From IMG/VR virus record IMGVR_UViG_2537561935_000012: 64,000 nt of DNA. The stretch is one strand, 5' to 3'. Positions 53,361 through 64,000 of the stretch are shown piece by piece. The position numbers were made by a program, and so were the translations under genes. The DNA is from a virus. Its lineage: Duplodnaviria > Heunggongvirae > Uroviricota > Caudoviricetes. The notes under the pieces were generated by a model, which had not been told where the DNA came from, ran no database searches, and worked only from the letters and a program-made list of their open reading frames with translations. Position 1 is the stretch's first letter. Every line of letters starts with the position of its first letter.

Positions 53361-56300
53361 ATGGAAAGAAAAAACGCCAACATTGACGATGTTATAAGGA
53401 CAGTTGAAACCGCCAGCGCAAAAGAGCTGGAAGAGCTTGCAGGTATCCGGGAAGCTGTTGAAGATTTGAAAGGGGGACGCGTTGCAACTGTTGATCCTGT
53501 CTCTCACAGTGTGTCGGCATTAAATCGCACAATCGAAAATTCCAGGCCAGACTTTGTGGCCAATGCGCCATCAGTGGCCCCTATTGTTGAGGCAATGAAA
53601 CGGCTTAATTTAGGGGACGTTTCTCGTGTAGTTCAGGAGGATGTTGCTCTACAGGAACCGCAGGCCAAATCAACTACGCGAAAGGGTAAAAAACGACGCA
53701 AGAAGGCTATAACAGAAGATGTAAAGGCGCAACGGACCGAAGCAGCCGAACACGCTCGCGAAATGTTCGGTCAAAAAGGCGGTGCGCAAAAAAGCCAAAA
53801 CCAACGCGATGCGCGTGGTCGTTTTATTGGAAAGCCAGGGAGTAAGGCCGCAGCGGAAGATGCCCGTGCTGAACGTGCTGAAAAGGCCAGGCGCAAAGAG
53901 GATGATGAGCGTCTAAATGCTGAATCAGGTTTATTAAAAAAACTGTCAAAAGTAGCTGAAGGCATAGGTAACCCTTCAGAGACTCGCGCCGTCGATGCGT
54001 TAGGTTATGCCGTTGCTGGTCCATTGTGGGCCGCAGGGAAGGAGCTTGGCGGGATATCAAAAGAAGTTGGTGGATCGCTTAATGGTGCCAGAAAGTCTAT
54101 TGCCGATGTGATTCGTGGCAATGACGATAACAGCCGTAGAAAAGGTTTTTTTAGGCGTAAATCGCAAAATAGTGCCGATGTCGTTCAGGTTAACACCCAA
54201 AAACGGACGGTTCAGGAACTTCAGGATCAGACCAGCGAAATTAAAGAGGGCAATGACAAGATTCTCAGCGCCCTTGATCAGATAGCCAAAAACACCGGGA
54301 AAAAGAAGGGCGGCTTGCTGTCCAAATTATTTAGCCTGTTAGGGAAGGGGGCCGGTGGCGTCGCGTCGTTGTTAATGGGGCGTGGCATGCTGAAAAAAGC
54401 TGGAGCACTCGCTTTTGGCGCTCTGGGGGCAAAGAAACTTGTAGGAATGCTACGCGGTGGTGGCAAGAAGACTCTCGCCCATGAAGGCGGAGATTTGGCT
54501 GCCCGGGCAGCAGGTAAACTTGGATTAAAGGCAGTTGGTAAAGGGGCGTTACGCGCAATTCCCCTAGTCGGCACAGTGGCTGGAGGGATTTATGATGCGG
54601 TAACCGGTTGGAATGATACAGAAGCGCAACGTCGAGCGTTTGGGCTTAAATCAGGACAAGATCCATCATTCCAGCAAAAAGCCGCTTATACGTTAGCCAA
54701 TGTTCTTGATTTGGGGGGACTGGTATCTGGTATTAGCAGTGCTATTGGTGATGTTCTCAAATCACTTGGATTTGAGGATATCGGCAATATGTTGCAATCA
54801 TTTTCGACGGAAAGTATTGCCCAGGCCATTGATAGTGGGATTACCAACTTAGAAACATATATTTCTAACCTTGGCGACACCATTTCTACCAAGTTCGATG
54901 ATTACACAGCAAAGATTGGTGATGCTGTTTCAGCATGGTTTAGCGATACATCTAATAAGCTGCTTGAAAAGCTGGATGCCATCAAAGACTTCTTTACTGT
55001 CGATAACCTGAAACAGGTTTTCAGTGATGCAATTGATAGTGCAATTGATTTCATTAAGAACCCAGGGAAACACATTAAAGAGGCAGCTAGTAATATTTGG
55101 GATGGGGTTAAAAATTTACCAGGTAAAGCATTAGATGCAGCGGTTGATGCCGTTAAAAATACCCCTGCGGCAATGATTGTATCAAAAATACCCAATCCGA
55201 TCGGCGAGGCTAATGCGAAAGAAATCACTCCAGAGTTAAAAGCTCCGGTTAATAGCCAGCAGGGGACATCTGATTCTAAAGCTGAATCCGATGCCAAACA
55301 GACTAATATTGCTGCCCGCGTGATAAATGCGGCCCTGGATATGGCGAAAGATAGCAATAAAACAGTTAAAGAAACTGCTAATCAGATTATCAATGCAAAT
55401 GCCGTAGAAACAGGAAATAAAGCAGCACAAACAATTGATGCTGCCTTGGGCCAGTCTGCTACAGGTAAGGAGGAAGCATTAAGTGCATATGAGATAGATA
55501 AACGTCGATTTAACAATGGCAAGGATGTTTCTTTGCCAAAATTAAATGCTGCCGGATACCAATGGATTTCTGACAATGCCGATTATTTTGATGAGCTTGA
55601 ACGTAAGTATGGGCTTGAAAAAGGGATTCTGTCAGCAGTTGCATCCGCAGAGTCTAGTGCAGGCCAGAGAACTGGAAATCCAGTAGACAAAAACGGGAAC
55701 AAACTTTCATCTGCCCTTGGGGCTTTTCAGATCACTAAAGGTACAAGGGAGGATCTTGGACTCAGCGATGCTGATGCCATGGATACACGAAAAGCAGCTG
55801 ATGGTGCCGCCAGATACCTAAGTATGCTGATGAACCGTTATAACGGTGATCAGGGTCGTGCAATAGCTGCCTATCATGCTGGTATGGGGCATGTTGATAA
55901 GGGGAGAGTAGTCGCCGGTACCGGCGAATATGTTACTCGCGTCAGAGGGTATCAGCAGATGCTCAATAATGGTGCCGTTTATGGCTCTAAGGTAGATCAT
56001 AGCGCACCAGCAATTCACGAAAAGATACCTGATAACGCTGTTATCGATCAGTCTACTGGCCTGGCGTTTACCCCTGGTGATAGCCCGTTTGAGAAAGGCG
56101 GTCTGGTAGACAAAATTGGCAATGCTGTTGGTGTTAACGATCTGGTCAACAAATTCATGAATGGCCGGGGTATGCGTCGGGAAGTCGTTCAGGGAACGCT
56201 CGAAGAACGTGCACGAGGGAAGGGGACCGCAACAGCAGCTGGCAATGTGTATGTTGATACTCCGATGCCAGTTGAAGAGGCGCGTCCGGTGGCCAGCAAC

Positions 56301-56735
56301 TCAAGTTACTTTGACCAACTCGGCGCACAAATGGGGATTGATGGACTATTCTATAAACTCCGCAACTCGCCGGGGATGCGGAAAAATAATGCGCCTGAAC
56401 CAGCCTCCACGTCCCTGGTGACGACTGCCGCCAACGATTTGCAGCAACCAACCGGTCGTATGCAGATAGACGGACAGGTTATTAGTGATCTTGGCGGCTC
56501 CGGTGCCAAGCCGACAATGCAGTTGGCTGATAATACCGTTTCACTTGATGGTGAAACGAAGCGGCTGTTTGCGCAGATGACCTCATTGCTTGCCAGGATT
56601 GAAGAGCACACTAAAGACTCGGCGAAAGGCCAGGGAACTGTCGTAAAGGTCAGCACGCCTCAACCGGGCGTTATGCGCACGGTGCCACTGTCAATTGATG
56701 ATCCGTTGATGAATGACTACGCGAGAGTTGATTGA
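53361..56735 (+). CDS. sit: tape-measure/injection protein with lytic transglycosylase domain (Sit)
   Basis: 1124 aa; Gly-rich segments; SLT-like region AFQITKGTREDLGL...AAYHAG. Confidence 0.85.
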   Translation: MERKNANIDDVIRTVETASAKELEELAGIREAVEDLKGGRVATVDPVSHSVSALNRTIENSRPDFVANAPSVAPIVEAMKRLNLGDVSRVVQEDVALQEPQAKSTTRKGKKRRKKAITEDVKAQRTEAAEHAREMFGQKGGAQKSQNQRDARGRFIGKPGSKAAAEDARAERAEKARRKEDDERLNAESGLLKKLSKVAEGIGNPSETRAVDALGYAVAGPLWAAGKELGGISKEVGGSLNGARKSIADVIRGNDDNSRRKGFFRRKSQNSADVVQVNTQKRTVQELQDQTSEIKEGNDKILSALDQIAKNTGKKKGGLLSKLFSLLGKGAGGVASLLMGRGMLKKAGALAFGALGAKKLVGMLRGGGKKTLAHEGGDLAARAAGKLGLKAVGKGALRAIPLVGTVAGGIYDAVTGWNDTEAQRRAFGLKSGQDPSFQQKAAYTLANVLDLGGLVSGISSAIGDVLKSLGFEDIGNMLQSFSTESIAQAIDSGITNLETYISNLGDTISTKFDDYTAKIGDAVSAWFSDTSNKLLEKLDAIKDFFTVDNLKQVFSDAIDSAIDFIKNPGKHIKEAASNIWDGVKNLPGKALDAAVDAVKNTPAAMIVSKIPNPIGEANAKEITPELKAPVNSQQGTSDSKAESDAKQTNIAARVINAALDMAKDSNKTVKETANQIINANAVETGNKAAQTIDAALGQSATGKEEALSAYEIDKRRFNNGKDVSLPKLNAAGYQWISDNADYFDELERKYGLEKGILSAVASAESSAGQRTGNPVDKNGNKLSSALGAFQITKGTREDLGLSDADAMDTRKAADGAARYLSMLMNRYNGDQGRAIAAYHAGMGHVDKGRVVAGTGEYVTRVRGYQQMLNNGAVYGSKVDHSAPAIHEKIPDNAVIDQSTGLAFTPGDSPFEKGGLVDKIGNAVGVNDLVNKFMNGRGMRREVVQGTLEERARGKGTATAAGNVYVDTPMPVEEARPVASNSSYFDQLGAQMGIDGLFYKLRNSPGMRKNNAPEPASTSLVTTAANDLQQPTGRMQIDGQVISDLGGSGAKPTMQLADNTVSLDGETKRLFAQMTSLLARIEEHTKDSAKGQGTVVKVSTPQPGVMRTVPLSIDDPLMNDYARVD

Positions 56736-57091
56736 TGGCCAACAATAATGAAATTGATCCTTTACTGACGCTGGAGTTATCCGGCGTAAAAACGTATGAG
56801 TCCCAGGAGGAGGCCTGGGGCGCTCGTTTATATGAGTGGCTAAACACTTATCAGGGTGAGGTATACGGGGATCCGTCATGGGGCAATGTTTTACCGCAGT
56901 TTAAACACGAACCAACCAACTTGTCGCATGTTCAAATTGCGGTTGAGGCAATGCTGTTGCAAAAACTGACGGTAGATTTACCTGACATACCGATTTCTGG
57001 TTTGTCAGTAGCCGAGGGAGATGCTTTTGATAAGTTGAAAATATCCATTCGTATCAGGGATATAACTATCACACAGGACGTGGTGCTATGA
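56732..57091 (+). CDS. baseplate wedge protein (gp25/W-like)
   Basis: 119 aa, coupled to sit and the downstream gene. Confidence 0.5.
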   Translation: MMANNNEIDPLLTLELSGVKTYESQEEAWGARLYEWLNTYQGEVYGDPSWGNVLPQFKHEPTNLSHVQIAVEAMLLQKLTVDLPDIPISGLSVAEGDAFDKLKISIRIRDITITQDVVL

Positions 57092-58521
57092 GTAAAACAA
57101 CACCGACTAAAGACAGTATTCGTGCAGAGTTTGAAGAGCTTGTCGAGAAAGATTCATTCTGGTCGAAGTTTGTCGGCTCTCAATTTGTCTCGATGCTGAC
57201 ATTGTTTATTACCCAGATTGTCTACAGGTGCTTTCAGTATGCCGATGCGGCGCTGGCTGAAGGCTTTATATCGACCGCGACGCGGCGTTCCTCTATCCTG
57301 GCAGCGGCAGAAACGAATAGTTACGTTGGTACCAAGCCAACACCGTCATCGGGGATGATTGAGATCACTGCCACAAGTGAAGATGCCCCAGCGGTAATCC
57401 CCAAAAACATGCCTTTAATATCTGACGACCAGTACCCTTACATGACTATGGATGTATGCAGGTTGGTTGACGGCACCGGTACGGTAGAAGTGGCACAGTT
57501 GGAAATCCAGGAGGTGACATATACCGTTACGGCAGCCAAAGAATTTCTGGAAGTCGTGTTATCAAAGGCTCTCACTGCTGTCTGCTATAAGCTGGAAGTA
57601 TTCGTGACGACCGATGGTAAGACCACGCAGTGGTCTTCCAGCACTATGTTCCGGTTAGCCGGTAGTAAAAGCCAGGTCTACGTTGAGTTTTATAAACCAT
57701 CCGAGCAGTTGGGGGTTCGATTCGGCGATGGGCTAATTGGGCAAATACCGCCAGAAGGCTCGACAATTACGCTTAAGGTATGGTGCACCAACGGCGATAT
57801 AACCCTGGTTGCTGGCCAAAACCTGACGCCTGTCGATTCTGCGGCTAATTTAGCTAATTTGATTTCAGTTAAGACAACGACACCTATAACCGCAGGTACC
57901 GATGCCGAAACAACGGAGATCACACGTAACCGTGCACAATATTACCTTGCCTATGATGATCAGGTCGTATGGGGCGGGGACTATACGTATTTTCTGGTGC
58001 GTAACATCCCGGGACTGTCCTGGGTAAAGGCATGGGGCGAAGGCCAGCAAGAGAAATTAGATGGTGCTTATAATGTTCGGAATATCAATAAGATATTTAT
58101 TTCAGGGTGGCATCCAAATAAAAGCCAGTCAGAGCTTGAAGAAATGATCCTGGCTGCCTTTAAGAAGGTGCCGAATGAGTTGAACAAGAAATTCTCGTAT
58201 AAAGAGGTCAGAAAACTACCCTTTAAGATCACCATCACCGGGCGGATATCGGCAAGCCTGACCATTGAGAACGTGACTGATGAGCTGAAGTCGGCACTGG
58301 AAACAAAATTTGGGCGTGACTCAACTTTCTTTGATCCGAGCCGTGTCGGCAAGTACATCCTGATTAAGAAAAAAGACGTTTGGGCATTTATCGAAACGCT
58401 GGGTTATTTCCGCGACTTTTATCTGGAATTTGTCGAGTGGAATGAGTCCAACGGCTTTTACGATTTCGTTTATCTGGATACAGAAAACTCCACCTTTAAT
58501 ATTTCGTATGAGGAGGAGTGA
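57088..58521 (+). CDS. baseplate J-like protein
   Basis: 477 aa in W-J-I order. Confidence 0.5.
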   Translation: MSKTTPTKDSIRAEFEELVEKDSFWSKFVGSQFVSMLTLFITQIVYRCFQYADAALAEGFISTATRRSSILAAAETNSYVGTKPTPSSGMIEITATSEDAPAVIPKNMPLISDDQYPYMTMDVCRLVDGTGTVEVAQLEIQEVTYTVTAAKEFLEVVLSKALTAVCYKLEVFVTTDGKTTQWSSSTMFRLAGSKSQVYVEFYKPSEQLGVRFGDGLIGQIPPEGSTITLKVWCTNGDITLVAGQNLTPVDSAANLANLISVKTTTPITAGTDAETTEITRNRAQYYLAYDDQVVWGGDYTYFLVRNIPGLSWVKAWGEGQQEKLDGAYNVRNINKIFISGWHPNKSQSELEEMILAAFKKVPNELNKKFSYKEVRKLPFKITITGRISASLTIENVTDELKSALETKFGRDSTFFDPSRVGKYILIKKKDVWAFIETLGYFRDFYLEFVEWNESNGFYDFVYLDTENSTFNISYEEE

Positions 58522-59357
58522 TGCAGCGTTCCTGGTTTAATAACCGGCTTACATCAGCTAAGCAAAAGTCATTGCTCTATAAATCATTGGCTGATTTGGT
58601 TCAGTCAATGATGGATACCTTTGTTGACCCATGGTTGGAGCGAATTACCAACCGGAAGTCTATTTTTTCCATGAGCAAGGAGGATCTGGAGACCAGGACA
58701 AATGAACTTGGCCAGTTCTTTACTATCAGAACGTCGAACTCATCTTCCGTTCCGATGTTGTTACAACAGCGTCTTGATGAGATTCACTTTAAGGGGACTG
58801 AACGCCCTATAAACCAGACAATTTACCGCGAATTTAACGGTATTTCTGTTTTATGGGATCCGATATATGCACCGGTGGACCTTGAGCGTCATCCCTATGG
58901 CACGGTTCTAATACCTGAAAGCACACTGGAGACTACCGGCGGCACATTCGGCGAGATGTTTCTGACTTCCAGAGGGATGATCAGTATTCCCATAAACGAC
59001 CTGGCCCGGACAATGGGGATTACTGGCACGATAGATCAGTCCGCAATTACAGAAGAAATTCTCAGAAAGTTTAATCAGTTCGTAAAGCCTCTACTGCCAC
59101 TGCATATAGTGTTTGATGGGCTTACGCTCTATTTGTCGGTTGTTGTAAATGAACACGCCGACATGATCACTTTGAACGAGATTTCTGATACCGAAAAAGC
59201 GTACTGCTGGTTTGAAACTTCGGATACAACTTCGCTTACTGGAGTTACGTCGATTAGCGCTCCGATCACTGCAACGCCGGGCGGCACTATTGTGAAAGCA
59301 ACGCCTACGTTTGATCGCACCCGCGCAGATGATTTGCTGCTGGATAGTGATGCCTGA
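58518..59357 (+). CDS. baseplate I-like protein
   Basis: 279 aa; followed by a GC-rich hairpin. Confidence 0.45.
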   Translation: MMQRSWFNNRLTSAKQKSLLYKSLADLVQSMMDTFVDPWLERITNRKSIFSMSKEDLETRTNELGQFFTIRTSNSSSVPMLLQQRLDEIHFKGTERPINQTIYREFNGISVLWDPIYAPVDLERHPYGTVLIPESTLETTGGTFGEMFLTSRGMISIPINDLARTMGITGTIDQSAITEEILRKFNQFVKPLLPLHIVFDGLTLYLSVVVNEHADMITLNEISDTEKAYCWFETSDTTSLTGVTSISAPITATPGGTIVKATPTFDRTRADDLLLDSDA

Positions 59358-59386
59358 TAATCACCCCGTCCGCAGGGCGGGGTGAC

Positions 59387-59405
59387 AAGTTACTTATCTT
59401 ACAAT
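59387..59405 (+). promoter_or_regulatory. candidate late promoter of the tail-fibre operon
   Basis: AAGTTACTT-atct-TACAAT about 30 nt before the ATG at 59436. Confidence 0.45.
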
Positions 59406-59435
59406 GAGGCTTCACAACATTGATTAGGGAAAATC

Positions 59436-59870
59436 ATGTCTGACGTCTCAACAAACCTCTATAAGAGTCAGTTGTTGGACTATTACTATCAGCGGCGCGC
59501 TGAATCGTCCATTAACAAAGGCTCTCGATTTTTAATCAGCAAGGCCGTTTTCGGTACCAGTTCGCTGGTTACTAAGAAAGGAGATGGCACTTATGAGATT
59601 GGAGAACTGCCAAAGGCTTTCGAACTGGCAGAACTGACCAGTCAATTTTGCACCATCAACCTCGTCCCAACCTACTCAGGCGGGATAATTACTGTCCGAA
59701 TGGACCTTGATCAAAGCCAGTTGCAGGAAGGGAAAAACTACCCATTCAACACTCTGGTTGTTCTGGATAACGAGAACAAGCCAATCGCCATTATTTGTGT
59801 CCAGGAAGACTCGCTGTATGTGGGCAAAACATATACCGCAGTTATGGCCATAAACACGACTACAGCATAA
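59436..59870 (+). CDS. R: tail-fibre-associated protein R
   Basis: 144-aa ORF immediately upstream of S. Confidence 0.5.
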   Translation: MSDVSTNLYKSQLLDYYYQRRAESSINKGSRFLISKAVFGTSSLVTKKGDGTYEIGELPKAFELAELTSQFCTINLVPTYSGGIITVRMDLDQSQLQEGKNYPFNTLVVLDNENKPIAIICVQEDSLYVGKTYTAVMAINTTTA

Positions 59871-59881
59871 GGATATGCTTG

Positions 59882-62800
59882 ATGAATGACGTTACAGTTG
59901 TTACATCGGTTACTTACCCATCATCCGAGTCGTTGGCTCTGGTGGCCGATGTGCAATACCACGAACCATATCTGTCAGCCGCGCTAAACCGAAAATTCAG
60001 GGGGATTGTTGACCCGGGATTTTATGCCGGTTTCTTACCTAAGCCTGGCGGTGGGATGAACCTGTTAATTACCTCAGTGGATGGTGATAAAACCGCAGGC
60101 GCGGCGTCGGTGGATATTGGTGAATTTTACCAGGTAACTATTCAGCAACGTAAGGATATTTCTCTTGCACTTAGTGCAGGCAAGAAATATGCAATTGTGC
60201 TGAAGGGAAGATACCTCCTTGGAGAAGATACCTACCAGGTGAATACCGCGTCACATATTCATGCGGCTGAATTTGTTGCCAGAACCTATACCGATTCATA
60301 TCAGTTAGGAGATGGGGAGCTGCTTGTTTGTACGGTGAATATCCCTGCTAGTGTATCTGCCATTACCCAGGAGATGATTGATACATCCGAGCGTATCAAC
60401 CGCTCGATCGGCATTGATATTTCAGACTCTGTAACCAGTACCAGAAGTGATGTTGCTGCAAGTTCGCTGGCAGTTAAAAAAGCCTACGATCTGGCGAAAA
60501 GCAAGTATACGGCACAGGATGCAAGCACAACGCAAAAGGGATTAGTTCAGCTCAGTAGCGCAACTAACAGCGACAGCGAAACAATGGCGGCTACCCCTAA
60601 AGCTGTTAAGTCTATAAAAGATCTGGCTGATACCAAAGCGCCAATAGAAAGCCCGAGTCTGACAGGAACGCCAACCGCGCCGACGGCAGCGCAAGGTACA
60701 AATAGCACGCAGATCGCAAATACAGCCTTTGTTAAGGCAGCTATAACGGCACTTATCAACGGTGCACCTGGCACACTGGATACGCTTAAAGAAATAGCTG
60801 CTGCGATCAATAACGACCCGAATTTCAGCACAACTATCAACAATGCTCTGGCTCTTAAAGCTCCTTTAGCAAGTCCTGCATTAACGGGAATACCTACTGC
60901 GCCTACCGCTGCACAGGGTACGAATAACACGCAGATCGCAAATACAGCCTTTGTTAAGGCAGCTATAACTGCACTTATCAACGGTGCGCCTGGCACACTG
61001 GATACGCTTAAAGAAATAGCTGCTGCGATCAATAACGACCCGAATTACAGCACAACTATCAACAATGCCTTGGCTCTCAAAGCGCCTTTGGCAAGCCCTG
61101 CATTAACGGGTGTCCCTACTGCGCCTACCGCTGCACAGGGTACGAATAACACGCAGATTGCTACGACCGCTTATGTAAGAGCTGCCATATCCGCATTGGT
61201 TGGTTCATCACCAGAAGCTCTTGATACCCTGAATGAGCTTGCCGCAGCACTTGGCAATGACCCGAACTTTGCGACAACAATGACAAATGCGCTGGCAGGC
61301 AAACAGCCTCTGGATGCAACTTTAACCGCTCTCGCTGCCCTTGCGACTGGTGCAAACAAACTGCCTTATTTCACTGGTAAGGATACGGTAGCTCAGACTG
61401 ATTTAACGTCAGTCGGTCGCGATATTCTGGCTAAAACAAGCACACTGGCCGTTATCCAATACCTTGGTTTAAGAGAACTCGGTACCAGCGGTGAAAAGAT
61501 CCCCCTGTTGAGCACGGCTAACACATGGAGGGCGCGCCAGACTTTCAACGGCGGGATCACCGGGGCACTGACAGGGAACGCCGACACCGCGACGAAATTG
61601 AAAACAGCCATAAACATTAATGGCGTCAGGTTCGATGGTTCTGGTGACATTAATATCAATACTCTGGTATCGCGCGGTCGCGTAACGGCCTTGGAGGCGA
61701 ATGCACAGGGAACATCTGGGATTCAGCTGTATGAGGCATACAACAATGGCTACCCTTCCCCCTATGGCAATGTGCTTCACCTTAAAGGTGCCACCGCTGC
61801 TGGCGAAGGTGAGTTATTCATTGGCTGGAGTGGCACGAGCGGTGCCCATGCGCCCGTACATATCCGTTCGCGACGGGATACTGATTCTGCCAACTGGTCT
61901 GAATGGGCGCAGGTCTATACGTCAAAAGATTCAATTCCCGGCGTCAATGCCAAAGGGGATCAGGATACCTCCGGCAATGCTGCTACGGCGACCAGATTGC
62001 AGACGGCGCGCACTATTAACGGTGTTTCGTTTGATGGTTCTAAAAATATTGAGCTAACGGCTGAAAATTTAAATCTTGAGCAAACCGTAGAACTAGCCGC
62101 TGGATCATTGCAGAAAAACCAGAATGGCGCGGATATTCCTGGAAAAGATACCTTCACTAAAAATATTGGTGCATGTCGCGCTTTTCACAGTTCTATTAGT
62201 ACAGGTGCAGGGAACTGGACAACGGCACAATTGATTGAATGGCTGGATTCTCAAGGGGCATTCAATCACCCATACTGGATGTGCAAATGTTCATGGTCGT
62301 ACGGCAATAATAAAATTATAACCGATACTGGCTGTGGAACTATTCATCTTGCAGGTTGCGTTATTGAGGTTATGGGTAATAAAGGTGCCATGACCATCCG
62401 TGTAACAACACCAAGCACTTCCACCGGAGGTGGCACCACTAATGCGCAATTTACTTATATAAACCATGGTGCAGATTACGCCCCAGGCTGGCGGCGCGAC
62501 TACAGCACAAAAAACCAGCAACCTGCATTTGCTTTAGGGCAGACAGGAAGCACAGTTGGAAATGACAAAGCTGTTGGATGGAACTCGATTAGCGGGGTTT
62601 ATAACGCTAATATTGGTGGAGCATCTACGTTGATTCTCCATTTTTATATGGGAGCTGGTAGTTGTCCGGCTGTTCAGTTCCGCGTGAATTATAAGAACGG
62701 CGGTATTTATTATCGTTCTGCGCGTGACGGTTATGGTTTTGAAGCCGACTGGTCGGAATTTTATACTACAACACGTAAACCATCTGCGGGAGATGTTGGG

Positions 62801-63022
62801 GCATATACCAAAGCAGAATGTAATTCACGATTTATTACAGGTATTCGATTAGGTACAAAATCGTCTGTGCAAACATGGAATGGTCCTGGATGGAACGATA
62901 AATCTGGTTATGTTGTTACTGCCTCAATTAACTCAAATAAGGACGAACTTATTGATACAACTCAGGCAAGGCCGGTGCAGTATTGTATCAATGGTACATG
63001 GTATAACGCGGGAAGTATTTAA
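59882..63022 (+). CDS. S: tail fibre protein S
   Basis: about 1046 aa from ATG after AGGA RBS; three 74-aa tandem repeats; cix site inside. Confidence 0.85.
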   Translation: MNDVTVVTSVTYPSSESLALVADVQYHEPYLSAALNRKFRGIVDPGFYAGFLPKPGGGMNLLITSVDGDKTAGAASVDIGEFYQVTIQQRKDISLALSAGKKYAIVLKGRYLLGEDTYQVNTASHIHAAEFVARTYTDSYQLGDGELLVCTVNIPASVSAITQEMIDTSERINRSIGIDISDSVTSTRSDVAASSLAVKKAYDLAKSKYTAQDASTTQKGLVQLSSATNSDSETMAATPKAVKSIKDLADTKAPIESPSLTGTPTAPTAAQGTNSTQIANTAFVKAAITALINGAPGTLDTLKEIAAAINNDPNFSTTINNALALKAPLASPALTGIPTAPTAAQGTNNTQIANTAFVKAAITALINGAPGTLDTLKEIAAAINNDPNYSTTINNALALKAPLASPALTGVPTAPTAAQGTNNTQIATTAYVRAAISALVGSSPEALDTLNELAAALGNDPNFATTMTNALAGKQPLDATLTALAALATGANKLPYFTGKDTVAQTDLTSVGRDILAKTSTLAVIQYLGLRELGTSGEKIPLLSTANTWRARQTFNGGITGALTGNADTATKLKTAININGVRFDGSGDININTLVSRGRVTALEANAQGTSGIQLYEAYNNGYPSPYGNVLHLKGATAAGEGELFIGWSGTSGAHAPVHIRSRRDTDSANWSEWAQVYTSKDSIPGVNAKGDQDTSGNAATATRLQTARTINGVSFDGSKNIELTAENLNLEQTVELAAGSLQKNQNGADIPGKDTFTKNIGACRAFHSSISTGAGNWTTAQLIEWLDSQGAFNHPYWMCKCSWSYGNNKIITDTGCGTIHLAGCVIEVMGNKGAMTIRVTTPSTSTGGGTTNAQFTYINHGADYAPGWRRDYSTKNQQPAFALGQTGSTVGNDKAVGWNSISGVYNANIGGASTLILHFYMGAGSCPAVQFRVNYKNGGIYYRSARDGYGFEADWSEFYTTTRKPSAGDVGAYTKAECNSRFITGIRLGTKSSVQTWNGPGWNDKSGYVVTASINSNKDELIDTTQARPVQYCINGTWYNAGSI
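60650..61320 (+). repeat. three tandem 222-bp repeats inside S
   Basis: [17 protein letters not shown]...KAPLAS repeated; first two copies near-identical at DNA level. Confidence 0.85.
61452..61477. other. cix: cix-type inversion crossover site (cixL-like)
   Basis: ttatccaataccttggtttaagagaa, 26-bp imperfect dyad, 12-bp half-sites around a central 2 bp. Confidence 0.6.
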
Positions 63023-63024
63023 TT

Positions 63025-63558
63025 ATGCAGCATTTAAAAAACATCAGATCAGGTAATCCAAAAACTGTTGAACAATATGAATTGACGCGACAATTTGGTG
63101 TTGTCTGGTTGTATTCTGAAGACGGTAAAAACTGGTATGAGGAACAAAAGAACTTCCAGGATGACACTATAAAAATTGCTTACACATCAGATGGAGTTAT
63201 TGTGGCTATAAATAAAGACGTATCTACAATAAATCCAGAAGGTTTAAGTGTGGTTGAGGTTGCTGACATTACTGCAAATCGCCGTGCTGACATTTCTGGT
63301 AAATGGATGTTCAAAGATGGCGTAGTGATAAAGCGAACTTATACCGAGGAAGAACAGAGGCAACAAGCTGAAAATGAAAAGCAAAGCCTATTGCAACTTG
63401 TCAGGGATAAAACCCAACTGTGGGACTCACAGCTACGGCTGGGCATCATTTCCGATGAGAATAAACAGAAATTAACCGCGTGGATGCTATATGCGCAGAA
63501 AGTAGAATCTACAGATACCTCCATCCTGCCAGTAACGTTTCCCGAACAACCAGAATGA
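63025..63558 (+). CDS. U: tail fibre assembly protein U
   Basis: 177 aa directly after S. Confidence 0.85.
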   Translation: MQHLKNIRSGNPKTVEQYELTRQFGVVWLYSEDGKNWYEEQKNFQDDTIKIAYTSDGVIVAINKDVSTINPEGLSVVEVADITANRRADISGKWMFKDGVVIKRTYTEEEQRQQAENEKQSLLQLVRDKTQLWDSQLRLGIISDENKQKLTAWMLYAQKVESTDTSILPVTFPEQPE

Positions 63559-63560
63559 GA

Positions 63561-63580
63561 AAAGGCCCGTTATCGGGCCT
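63561..63580. terminator. bidirectional terminator hairpin between U and U'
   Basis: aaggcccgttatcgggcctt with T-runs on both sides. Confidence 0.6.
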
Positions 63581-63585
63581 TATTT

Positions 63586-64000
63586 TTACTCAGGTTTTTG
63601 TGGCCATTCTGGCTTTGCCGTATCCACGCGGCTTACAAGAACGCTGTAGCGTTCCCATGCTTCCAGTCGGCTGTGGTCCTCATCCGTTGCCATATTCAGC
63701 CTTACTGCACGCTCTAGTAGTTGAATGACTGATTCAGCATCAGCAAGAAGTCTGGCTTTCTGATTTTCTACCTGCTGCTGTAATTCCTCTTCCGTATAAA
63801 TACGTTTAATAACTGCGCCATCCTTAAACATCCAGTTACCAGAAATGTCGGCACGTCGGTTAGCAGTAATATCCGGCACTTCAACAACACTTAATCCATC
63901 CGGTCTGATAGCTGTTACATCCTTTTCCACATAGCGGATGATGTTATCTTTGTCATACGCTAATTTTATCGTGTCATCCTGGAAGTTCTTTTGTTCCTCA
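63586..64000 (-). CDS. U': alternative tail fibre assembly protein U', 5'-partial
   Basis: convergent paralog of U ([33 protein letters not shown]); N-terminus beyond the window. Confidence 0.7.
   Translation of the reverse strand, partial: EEQKNFQDDTIKLAYDKDNIIRYVEKDVTAIRPDGLSVVEVPDITANRRADISGNWMFKDGAVIKRIYTEEELQQQVENQKARLLADAESVIQLLERAVRLNMATDEDHSRLEAWERYSVLVSRVDTAKPEWPQKPE

Noticed and set aside
53771-55576. Several 64-151-aa minus-strand ORFs
   Set aside because: All are antisense within the continuous 1124-aa sit frame and are explained by its Gly/Ala-rich codon bias.
59795-59881. Extended N-terminus of S from the track start (MCPGRLAV...)
   Set aside because: It would overlap the end of R by 76 nt; the ATG at 59882 has a proper AGGA RBS and gives a typical fibre N-terminus.
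60547-61032. 161-aa minus-strand ORF rich in Ala/Val
   Set aside because: It is antisense to the tandem repeats of S; the open frame comes from the repeat periodicity.

Overview
This 64-kb window is most of the genome of a P1-like temperate phage-plasmid, read in reverse relative to the usual P1 map. Identifications rest on protein motifs and on sequences I recognise by recall as P1 hallmarks (Phd/Doc, RepA and its 19-bp iterons, ParA/ParB/parS, pac hexamers, C1 operator consensus); nothing was searched against a database. Left to right: the pacB/pacA terminase with the pac site, lpa, pdcB, doc/phd, humD with a LexA box, and hot; about 13 kb of minus-strand accessory operons behind C1-operator-like sites; a plus-strand late operon ending in a baseplate spike; the ban operon with three tRNAs and a TerB-like protein; dmt, hrdC, a spanin pair; the plasmid replicon (oriR, repA, incA, parA, parB, parS); a structural operon; a hok/mok-like locus; repL, kilA, ant, icd, c4; an AT-rich cassette of secreted proteins; and the tail/baseplate operon with sit, tail fibre S, U and a partial inverted U'. 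The best candidates for something undescribed are the AT-rich secreted cassette at 48.8-51.0 kb, whose first protein ends in a motif also present in the Sit injection protein, and a pair of conserved stem-loops in the ban-operon leader.
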